Translations under genes and position numbers: made by a program
Part shown: positions 42,620 through 50,206 of the stretch, in pieces
Numbering within the stretch: position 1 is the stretch's first letter
Layout of the letters: every line of letters starts with the position of its first letter
DNA from: an uncultured Sphaerobacteraceae bacterium
GTDB lineage: Bacteria; Chloroflexota; Chloroflexia; Thermomicrobiales; UBA6265
Assembly (NCBI GenBank): GCA_964526965.1
Contig: CAZGML010000007.1
Coordinates: 14,658 to 78,657, forward strand
DNA length: 64,000 bases
Direction of reading: 5' to 3'
The notes under the pieces: model-generated
What the model was told of the DNA's origin: nothing
Seen by the model: the letters and a program-made list of their open reading frames with translations, nothing else
Database searches by the model: none

Positions 42620-45196
42620 ATGCAACTGGGGCACAAACCGGATCATTTTCAGCAACAGGCCATCGATTCCACGGCACAGGGTATTCGTATAGTGGCGCCG
42701 GCTGGCTCGGGCAAGAGCGAAACACTGGCCCGCCGCATAGCGAAACGCGTGCAGCACGACGGAATTGATCCGCAGCGGATTCTGGTACTTACCTTCGACA
42801 ACGCCGCCAAGAAGAGCCTCACGGGATTCTTCAATGGGCTGCTCGACCGCAAACAGATGCCCAAGATACGCACGTTTAACTCGCATGGCAATCAAATACT
42901 CAGACAGTACTTCCCCAGTGAGCGGGCTGAACTTCCCAACGCGCGCGGCTCGCATGAGGTACACGATCTTAGGCGGTCGTTCCTGAATATGGGACATGAT
43001 TTTCCCGTACTCTCCTGGGATGGTGTGCCCCGCACAATGATCGAGACATTCAGTTCGCTTAAGAACCAGGGATTCTATCCAGGCAGAAATGGTGAGCGTG
43101 AACGGCAAACAAAATGGCTGCGCGACGAATACCTGCAGCTGCCGCGCCAGGGCGAGAGCACATCCCTGGAAGAGTACTGGGGCATGCCTTCCGCAGTGCC
43201 ATCTGAGGATAATTACTCGATCCAGCTGAGCGGAATCCTCGATGCGTTCGAGCAGTTCGATGCGGGCATGCGAACGCTCGGACGTATGGACTACGAGGAT
43301 CAAAAATCTCGCGCTGTTGAGCAATTACGCCGCTCGCGATCCACATGTGAGCAGTTGCAGGCCGAGTTCGATGAAGTGGTGGTGGACGAGTGCCAGGACA
43401 TCAGTCGGCTTGATGCGATGCTGGTCTACTACTCTGCCGGACCGAAAACACTCGTTGTGCTGGCCGGAGATGATGACCAGACGCTGTACGAGTGGCGCAA
43501 TGCACATTCGCTGTACCTTCGGCATCCGGAGATCGTATTTAAGGGAATCGAGTTCGAGACCATTCACCTCAACCTGAACTACCGCTCTCCACAGGCCATT
43601 CTCGGGCCGGCGGTAAACCTGATTTCACACAACGTCGAGCGCATCGAGAAATCGCCATCCAGCGGTGTTCTTGAACCGGGCGAGATCGAAGTGCAGGCGA
43701 TGGGTTCACAACGACAGATGGACGAAGCGCTGGTCGCCAATATCAAACGCGAGCTGGAGGCCGGACGGCCGCCAGAGGAGATAGCGGTGTTATGCCACGC
43801 GCGACAAGACCGGGCGATGAAAATCCCGATTGAAAAGCGCTTGCGCGATGCCGGTATCCCGATTGTGGAGGCCAGCAGTGACGAGCGGATCAATAAACCC
43901 GGTGTTTGGGTGCGGAGCTTTCTCAAATCGAAGGGACGTCAGTGGCCGATTGTGTTTATCCCGGCGGTGAATGATCGAGAAGTTCCCGATACAGAAAGTA
44001 TCCGCAAAGGCAAGGTGGAATCAATTCGCCGACGATTCTACGTCGCCATGACCCGCGCCAGCGAGAAACTCGTGCTGAGTTACGTGCGCGGTGGAGACGG
44101 GGATCGCATCGATCTCACTGCCGAAGGCGAAGTGGTGGGCACGAATGGGGCGAGTCGGTTCCTGTTCGAAGCCGGTCTGGTTAACGCGGAAGAAGCACCT
44201 GCCGTTACTGAACCGGAGGATGCCCCAGCTCCGATTCCAGCAGTTGAAGAGCCGGTTCACTCCCCTACTCAGACGCAACCCCAGGCCAATCCAACAGCCG
44301 CACAACCGAAACCGGAGAAGCCAAAAAAGCGTGTGCGACCGAAGAAGTGGGAACCGTATGCTCCGGAGACGCGCAAGCTGGCAAAGGCGGTATCGGAATG
44401 GGAAGCCGGCGATTACGACAATGCGATTTTCTGTGCCTGGGCGCCCCTGGAAAGCGTGTTGCACCGACTGGTGAAGTTTCCGCCCGGCACAAAGAACACC
44501 GATCTGGTTTCGTTGATCGATGAGGCCGAAATGCAGGGTGTGATCAGTGAGGAGTGGAAAAATCGCCTTCACTTGTGGCGACGGATTCGGAACCAGGCGC
44601 TCCACAACAATCCGGCCAAACGCCAGTTCAAACCCGAGAAGTTTCACGACTATGGATTCCAACTCGTTGATGGTGCACCCGGGTTCTTCACACATCTCGC
44701 GGAACTGAACGCGCCGAAGCAAATGGTGCTGGAAACGCAGGATGAGTTCCTGAAGAAGCTGGGAAACCTGGTAACCCAGATTCAGCAGGGAAAACCATCT
44801 CCCCTGCTCGGTCGACCGCTCAAGGCGATCCGTTTCCATCCGGAGCAAGACACGTTTGATATCCTCGCGATGCAACTGATGATGGTGTTACGCGACGTGC
44901 GCTTTTACGTTCCGCCAGAGTTCCGCTGGAGCGCATCGCCCCTCATCAGCAAGTTCTCGGTGGACACGCTTGGTCATCTGCCCGAAGGGTTCCGTACTCA
45001 TCGTGCCAACAAGATGCGAATGGATGCGGGTGAAGAACAGAATCAGCTGATGGCGCGGTTCGACCGGATGCTGAAACAGGAGTGCGGCGAAACCGACCCG
45101 GGTTCGTTTCTGCGGGAGCGACTCAGTAACGGCATCGCGCTGGAGAACGGCAACTTCCACTCAGGGCTAAAGTTGAACCCGAAGGTGAAGGTCTAG
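42620..45196 (+). CDS. SF1 (UvrD/Rep-like) helicase fused to a DUF4145-like HEPN module and an unassigned C-terminal domain
   Basis: Walker A APAGSGKS (aa 26-33), VVDECQD (254-260), LAGDDDQTLYEWRNA (281-295), NYRS (320-323), RRRFYVAMTRA (470-480). Pro/Gln/Lys linker. Helical module aa ~578-668 ends in RNQALH (nt 44588-44605). The last ~190 aa are unrecognised. Confidence 0.9.
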   Translation: MQLGHKPDHFQQQAIDSTAQGIRIVAPAGSGKSETLARRIAKRVQHDGIDPQRILVLTFDNAAKKSLTGFFNGLLDRKQMPKIRTFNSHGNQILRQYFPSERAELPNARGSHEVHDLRRSFLNMGHDFPVLSWDGVPRTMIETFSSLKNQGFYPGRNGERERQTKWLRDEYLQLPRQGESTSLEEYWGMPSAVPSEDNYSIQLSGILDAFEQFDAGMRTLGRMDYEDQKSRAVEQLRRSRSTCEQLQAEFDEVVVDECQDISRLDAMLVYYSAGPKTLVVLAGDDDQTLYEWRNAHSLYLRHPEIVFKGIEFETIHLNLNYRSPQAILGPAVNLISHNVERIEKSPSSGVLEPGEIEVQAMGSQRQMDEALVANIKRELEAGRPPEEIAVLCHARQDRAMKIPIEKRLRDAGIPIVEASSDERINKPGVWVRSFLKSKGRQWPIVFIPAVNDREVPDTESIRKGKVESIRRRFYVAMTRASEKLVLSYVRGGDGDRIDLTAEGEVVGTNGASRFLFEAGLVNAEEAPAVTEPEDAPAPIPAVEEPVHSPTQTQPQANPTAAQPKPEKPKKRVRPKKWEPYAPETRKLAKAVSEWEAGDYDNAIFCAWAPLESVLHRLVKFPPGTKNTDLVSLIDEAEMQGVISEEWKNRLHLWRRIRNQALHNNPAKRQFKPEKFHDYGFQLVDGAPGFFTHLAELNAPKQMVLETQDEFLKKLGNLVTQIQQGKPSPLLGRPLKAIRFHPEQDTFDILAMQLMMVLRDVRFYVPPEFRWSASPLISKFSVDTLGHLPEGFRTHRANKMRMDAGEEQNQLMARFDRMLKQECGETDPGSFLRERLSNGIALENGNFHSGLKLNPKVKV

Positions 45197-45855
45197 GCTG
45201 GCGGACGAGCGATAACGAAACGCATGATGCCGAAGAGGCGCCGCCGGTGCTCCTGAATGGTGTAGCCATTCTGTTCCAACGTCTCGATAGTTGTGCGATC
45301 CAGATGGCAACCCATCGTCCGGATTTGGATCGGTGCGACGAGCTTTTGCATCCCGCCCACGAACCAGTTCGGCGAGAGAACATGCTCTATCACCACCAAC
45401 CGACCGTCTGGCCGTAAGACTCGGGCAATTTCCGCCAGTGCCTTGGGCACGTTAGGAATGGTACAGAATACCAGGCTGGCGGTAACCGTATTGAACGAGT
45501 TCGCCTCGTACCGGCTCAGGTCCTCGGCGTCGGCAATTTCCAATGTAGCGGGGATCGAAAGGCCCGCCGCTGCCGCTTTGGCTTGCGCGATCATGCCGGG
45601 GCTAATATCTATGCCAGTAAAAGATGTTACGGAATGATCATATTCTCTGAGACGGTTGAGGGTATCGCCGGCAGCGAGGCCGATTTCCAGCACATCGCCC
45701 CGCAGCTCGGACACAAGGTCATCTCGCCATTGCTCGCTGGTAAGGCGAGTTTCCGCCCTACTCTCCCGCTGCAACCAGGTGGGCGCATGGGAATCATAGA
45801 TCCTCGCAAGCCCGGTACGTTCCGGTGGTGTACGATCCGTGAAGAATTTCCGCAT
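45193..45855 (-). CDS. Class I SAM-dependent methyltransferase (Methyltransf_11-like)
   Basis: VLEIGLAAGD (motif I), GIDISPGMIAQAK, ADAEDL, VLRPDGRLVVIEHV. Convergent with the helicase gene, with a 4-nt overlap. Confidence 0.88.
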   Translation of the reverse strand: MRKFFTDRTPPERTGLARIYDSHAPTWLQRESRAETRLTSEQWRDDLVSELRGDVLEIGLAAGDTLNRLREYDHSVTSFTGIDISPGMIAQAKAAAAGLSIPATLEIADAEDLSRYEANSFNTVTASLVFCTIPNVPKALAEIARVLRPDGRLVVIEHVLSPNWFVGGMQKLVAPIQIRTMGCHLDRTTIETLEQNGYTIQEHRRRLFGIMRFVIARPPA

Positions 45856-46328
45856 TGCGGTACCTCCTGCTCCACATGGTACATCGGCCTCTACCTCAGA
45901 GGAACGTCATGGCGAATACCCGCAGACAATCGATTCAGGCAGACGGAAGGTTTATCCGTACGGCGCTTATACGGGCGTTACGACCTGTACGTGTGCCGGA
46001 GGATTAAACAGTGAGCCTGGGGAGCGGGCAGAAGCGATGTGATTGCCGAAGGTTTGCGCAGCCTCATTGAATTGCAGGATGACTTGATGCCTGTCCTGAT
46101 TGAACATTGGTTTCGCTCCGCAACGGTAATGGACCTGTACGGGATCGCCGCCATTCAAATAGTCGTTTTGCGTTCTGAGCCCCTGATCTGGATGTTATGG
46201 AATATACGTAATCAGGAGTTTGACCATATGCGTCAAGAGATGCTGGACCAGGCGCTGGCCCTCGCGTGACAAAAACGATAGCAAGCGCAGGCGGTTGGCG
46301 ATTCCTTTCAAACGGACTCTGTACATGC

Positions 46329-47111
46329 CTACTCGTGTTGACTCAACATTGACGGCAGTTCGGCAAGCGATTCGACTGTTATCCACGGCTCACCGCCATC
46401 TGGCTGTTGCCGGCCCATACTGATCCAGACTGCGCGAATGCCATACGCCTGCGCACCAAGAACATCGCGCGGGAAGCTGTCGCCGACCATGATGGTTTCC
46501 CCGGTTGTTGCTCCGAGCGTATCAAGCGCATGCTGATAAATGCCCGGCTCCGGCTTGCCAATAGCCAACTCACCACTGATGACAATGGCATCGAAATACT
46601 TCTCGAGACCGGTGTTATTGATCTTGGTGCGCTGTACGTCGGGGATTCCGTTGGTGACCATGCCTAAACGGTGTTTCGCTGCCAACTGTTTAAGCGCTTC
46701 TTTCGCGCCGGGGCACCAGGGGTTGGTGGCGGCCCGCTCCCGTTCGAACATGGCATCGAGTTCGGCAGCGAGATCACTATCCCCTACTCCCAGCGACTTC
46801 AGCGCATTGGTCCAGCTTTGGAGACGGAAACCAGGCCCCCATTCCCGCATGGTTTCCCAGTGATGATCGTCACCTTCGAAGCGGGCGCGGAGTCCCTCGA
46901 TTTCGCTGGTACCGATGCCATCCAGCCAATCCGGGAATGGGCCTGCCTGCCAGATTTGACGGGATGCCGCGCGGACTGCAGAAATCAGCCCTTGTGGGTC
47001 GATATCAACCTTGCTGGCGGCATAGTTTGCCGTGGCCTCGAAGGCGATATCGGTAGCTGCATCATCCTCCAGAATTGTGTCGTCCAAATCGAGGAGTACG
47101 GTGGTAATCAC
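46329..47111 (-). CDS. HAD superfamily hydrolase
   Basis: MITTVLLDLDDTIL (DxDxT motif I), GMVTNG (motif II), GKPEPGIY, MVGDSFPRDVLGA (motif IV). Confidence 0.85.
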   Translation of the reverse strand: MITTVLLDLDDTILEDDAATDIAFEATANYAASKVDIDPQGLISAVRAASRQIWQAGPFPDWLDGIGTSEIEGLRARFEGDDHHWETMREWGPGFRLQSWTNALKSLGVGDSDLAAELDAMFERERAATNPWCPGAKEALKQLAAKHRLGMVTNGIPDVQRTKINNTGLEKYFDAIVISGELAIGKPEPGIYQHALDTLGATTGETIMVGDSFPRDVLGAQAYGIRAVWISMGRQQPDGGEPWITVESLAELPSMLSQHE

Positions 47112-47590
47112 AGCGTTGCCTTTCGAGAGAGTTTGTTGACAGCCGCGTCTATGGCAGACGCGAATTGCGATCGGTCCTTTTTGCTGAATGCGGGTGGTCC
47201 GCTGGTCATCTCGCCCATCTGCCTCAGCATGGCGTTGAGATCACGCGATGCGAGCGCATCGCCGATGCGATTTGGATTGAAGTGCTTGCCACGGAAATCG
47301 ATGCAGTCGGCGCCGACCTCCAGGGCCCGTGCCGCGAGGGGTATATCCGCGGTCAGCACCAGGTCATCGCTTGTGGCGTGCTCGGCGATCCAGTCGTCGG
47401 CGGCATCGGGTGATCCCGGCACCACCACTGCGCTGGCGACTTTGGCGGCATCGGCCGGGATTCGAATGGGGATATTGGCTACTACCTTGAGAGGAACGTT
47501 GTAGCGAGCAGCGGTGCGGAACACGAGGTCCTTCACCGGGCAAGCATCGGCATCGAGATAGATAGTTGGTGGTGTCGCTTCGTTATTCAT
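47108..47590 (-). CDS. YaiI/YqxD family protein (DUF188, UPF0178)
   Basis: IYLDADACPVKD...DAADDWIAEHATSDDLVLTADIPLAARALEVGA is the DUF188 pattern. 4-nt overlap with the HAD gene. Confidence 0.85.
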   Translation of the reverse strand: MNNEATPPTIYLDADACPVKDLVFRTAARYNVPLKVVANIPIRIPADAAKVASAVVVPGSPDAADDWIAEHATSDDLVLTADIPLAARALEVGADCIDFRGKHFNPNRIGDALASRDLNAMLRQMGEMTSGPPAFSKKDRSQFASAIDAAVNKLSRKATL

Positions 47591-47664
47591 ATGTGAAGCG
47601 TACCCAACAATCAGCTTCCCGGCACGGTCGTTATACCTGGGGCAGACACGGTTGAGATATTAAT

Positions 47665-48036
47665 ATGGCCATGCATCCTGCAGTTGAAAAGCATTTGGAC
47701 GACATCCGCGCCGCCGCAGAGCGTTACGGCGTGGAGAAGTTGGAGATATTCGGGTCGGCAATGACGCCGGAATTTGATCCGGAGCGGTCGGATGTCGATT
47801 TCATCGTGCACTACCCGCCCGGGTATGACTATGGAGTATTTCTCAAGCGGTACCTTGATCTCGAAGATGAACTGAAAGAGATTCTTGAGAGACCGGTGCA
47901 ACTTGTAATGACGAGTGCGCTCAAGAAGGAATCTTTTCGGCGCAATGCTGGAGCTACGAGGACACTCATCTATGTCGCAACACGACCTGATTCAGGAACT
48001 CCAGGACATCAGAAGATATTCCCAGCTCGTTCTTGA
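47665..48036 (+). CDS. Nucleotidyltransferase (MNT-type antitoxin of a HEPN/MNT pair) with a C-terminal read-through extension
   Basis: IFGSAMTPEFDPERSDVDFIVHY is the minimal-NTase GS...DxD motif. The frame runs ~20 codons past the usual ...LIYV end, into the remnant of the downstream HEPN gene. Confidence 0.8.
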   Translation: MAMHPAVEKHLDDIRAAAERYGVEKLEIFGSAMTPEFDPERSDVDFIVHYPPGYDYGVFLKRYLDLEDELKEILERPVQLVMTSALKKESFRRNAGATRTLIYVATRPDSGTPGHQKIFPARS

Positions 48037-48100
48037 GCACACGTCCAGCATGACCTTTGACGACTATACGGAGGATATGGTCACGCAATACGAAAAATAG
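47972..48100 (+). pseudogene. Truncated DUF86/HEPN toxin remnant (N-terminal ~42 codons only)
   Basis: The ATG at 47972 overlaps the MNT frame, as in intact MNT-HEPN pairs. MSQHDLIQELQDIRRYSQLVLEHTSSMTFDDYTEDMVTQYEK then stops. The R-x4-H catalytic motif expected further downstream is absent, and a terminator follows directly. Confidence 0.55.
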
Positions 48101-48102
48101 TT

Positions 48103-48122
48103 AAGGGGCCCTTGCGGGCCCC
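48103..48122. terminator. Bidirectional terminator shared by the HEPN remnant and hsp20
   Basis: AGGGGCCC, loop ttgc, GGGCCCCT. Confidence 0.7.
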
Positions 48123-48134
48123 TGTGTGCTGCCG

Positions 48135-48680
48135 TTAATCGGCGGGAACGGCGTCTTTTTCACTTTCCGCTGCGTCGGCGGTATCAGCGTTATCGGCGGC
48201 AAGTTCTGCAACCTGCTGCTCACTCGTAACGGTAACCGGGATTCGGCGGGGCTTGCTGACCTCAAGCTTCGGTAGCTTGATGCGGAGCAATCCGTTGGAG
48301 AACCCGGCCTCGACAGTCGACTCATCGATCTCGAATGGCAACCGGATGCGACGTTCGTATTCGCCGCGCGGAATCTCGGCCATGTACCAGGTGACGGGCT
48401 CGCCGTGCTCGTCTTCCTGCTTGCGGTCGGCGCTGAGGCTACCGGCAATGGTCAGGGTGTCTTTCTCGACAGAGACTTCGACGTTCTCCGGATGCATTCC
48501 GGGCATCGAGGCAAGGACCATAGCGTGGTCATTGGTCACGTAGAGATCAACTGGCATGCTCGACTGTGCTGTGTGGGTGTTACCAGCTTTGCGGCGAGAG
48601 CGTCTCGGCAACGAGGTTGCTTGATCCAGCGCATCGAATGCGGAAAGGATATCGTAGAACGGAGTGTTGCGAGTAATCAT
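48135..48680 (-). CDS. Hsp20/alpha-crystallin family small heat-shock protein
   Basis: PVDLYVTNDHAMVLASMPGMHPENVEVSVEKDTLTIAG...GEYERRIRLPFEIDESTVEAGFSNGLLRIKLPK is the alpha-crystallin domain. Confidence 0.93.
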   Translation of the reverse strand: MITRNTPFYDILSAFDALDQATSLPRRSRRKAGNTHTAQSSMPVDLYVTNDHAMVLASMPGMHPENVEVSVEKDTLTIAGSLSADRKQEDEHGEPVTWYMAEIPRGEYERRIRLPFEIDESTVEAGFSNGLLRIKLPKLEVSKPRRIPVTVTSEQQVAELAADNADTADAAESEKDAVPAD

Positions 48681-48742
48681 GTAAGACCTCCTCTCATGAA
48701 ACCAAGCGTGTTGTGGATGGCATCACCCATCTCACTACCTTC

Positions 48743-48771
48743 AGTATAAGATATCTGACACTAATTGTCAA
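48743..48771 (-). promoter_or_regulatory. Near-consensus sigma-70-type promoter for hsp20
   Basis: On the minus strand: TTGACA (48771-48766), 17-nt spacer, TATACT (48748-48743). About 60 nt upstream of the start at 48680. Confidence 0.6.
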
Positions 48772-48830
48772 CACACCTGATATACATCGACTCATCTTTG
48801 TGATCATGATACTCATGACCTGGTCGTGAG

Positions 48831-50150
48831 TCAATCTGGCCATGTCCATGGTTCTGCTGGTATCTCCCCCACGGCCAGCACGTCCAACAGATCCCCAAGC
48901 CCGAGCGGGTAGACGGTTTCATGGCTTACGCGGATTTCCGCAGATGAAAACCATGCTCCGGCATCGTAGTGGGACTGCTCATGCTCGGTCATCTGATCAT
49001 TGCGCGGGCGCTGACCATTCAACTTCACGACGAAGTAGCGCTCTTTTGCCATGTACGGTTTTGACTTGTGTTGCTCCAGTCGTTCCCGCATTGCAACCAT
49101 GGGGCCAAGCTCTGCATCGTTAATCGCACACTCTTCCCACAACTCGCGGCAGGCCGCATCTTCCCATGTTTCGCCCTCTTCTACTCCACCGCCGGGAAGG
49201 ATCCAGCGTGGCCGCAGCGGATCATTGATGCGCAACATCCACACCCGATATTCGGTATCCAGCAGTATGAGGCGCGAGCTTTTTCGCACAGGTAGGCCAG
49301 ATTCACGCTGGTCTCGTTCTTCAACAAGCTGCCGGATGTCCTCCAGATGCATGCTCCAGGCAAGGTCGGATTGGGCGCGTTCCTCGTTCAGATCATCGAG
49401 GATGCGCCGGCCGAGATCTTCAATCCCCTCCTCTGCTGGCGCTGACTTCACCGCTTGCTCCAGCGCTTCCAGATATCGCCGGTCGGCATCGAGGCGGCGC
49501 TGTGCCTCGGTACGATCAGCTGGTTTGCCGTGGCCAGGAACGATCCACTTGACCCGATCGATAATCCCCTGCAGGCGATTCAACGTTTGCAGGTAGAGCG
49601 CCACTGCCCGGCTGCCGCCCTCCAGGCTTGGAGTCTCGACATCACTCAGCGTGTCTGCGACGAATGCGACCCGCTGATCGGGCAAGAGCAACGCAGACTG
49701 TCCATCCGCATGGCCGGGTATGTGAATAATCTCCACTTGAACCCCGGCGATTGAGTTGGCTCCCCAGGCAATCGGCTCTTCCTGGAAAAGCAGGGAACGA
49801 TCCCACAACTCGGAGCCATCCGATTCTCCTTGCCCGGCGATCTCAGCCTCTGTCGAAGTGAGGATTTGGAGTATCCGGTCCCGGTCTTGTGCGATGTGGG
49901 CGATTGTGTCTGGTGTGGCGTAACGAGGAACATCCTCTCCCAACACTCGGTGCCACAGTACGTGATCCCAATGTGAATGCGTGCAGAACCCTGCGGCCAC
50001 CTTGCCAGCGACTGCAGCTATCGCCTTGAACTCAGGTTCGAATATGCCGGGATCAATCAGGATAGCGCCTTGTGGACCGTGGACGATACCGGTGTTGGTT
50101 TCCCACAGTCGAGAGGTGTTGACGCTAACCTCCGGGGTAAGTTGTTGCAT
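48831..50150 (-). CDS. Fusion protein: MBL-fold metallo-hydrolase plus NUDIX hydrolase
   Basis: N-terminal THSHWDH (HxHxDH) and IHIPGH. C-terminal Nudix box LPGGGVEEGETWEDAACRELWEECAI. Confidence 0.85.
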   Translation of the reverse strand: MQQLTPEVSVNTSRLWETNTGIVHGPQGAILIDPGIFEPEFKAIAAVAGKVAAGFCTHSHWDHVLWHRVLGEDVPRYATPDTIAHIAQDRDRILQILTSTEAEIAGQGESDGSELWDRSLLFQEEPIAWGANSIAGVQVEIIHIPGHADGQSALLLPDQRVAFVADTLSDVETPSLEGGSRAVALYLQTLNRLQGIIDRVKWIVPGHGKPADRTEAQRRLDADRRYLEALEQAVKSAPAEEGIEDLGRRILDDLNEERAQSDLAWSMHLEDIRQLVEERDQRESGLPVRKSSRLILLDTEYRVWMLRINDPLRPRWILPGGGVEEGETWEDAACRELWEECAINDAELGPMVAMRERLEQHKSKPYMAKERYFVVKLNGQRPRNDQMTEHEQSHYDAGAWFSSAEIRVSHETVYPLGLGDLLDVLAVGEIPAEPWTWPD

Positions 50151-50206
50151 GGCTTGTCCAGTCGCTATCAGGAAGAACCGCCTGGTCGCCGATGAGGGAG
50201 CGCCAG

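Noticed and set aside
45193-45855. Methyltransferase convergent with the helicase-HEPN gene, considered as a restriction-modification-like partner
   Set aside because: The motifs are those of a small-molecule Methyltransf_11-type enzyme, with no DNA-methylase DPPY/NPPY or target-recognition features. It is on the opposite strand with an independent promoter, so linkage is probably incidental.
48790-48830. ACTCATG-N7-CGTGAGT inverted repeat and TCATGA direct repeat upstream of the hsp20 promoter, considered as a HAIR or CIRCE heat-shock operator
   Set aside because: The half-site orientation is everted relative to HAIR as I remember it (CTTGAGT-N7-ACTCAAG), and nothing matches CIRCE (TTAGCACTC-N9-GAGTGCTAA). 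It also overlaps the 3' end region of the upstream MBL-NUDIX gene.
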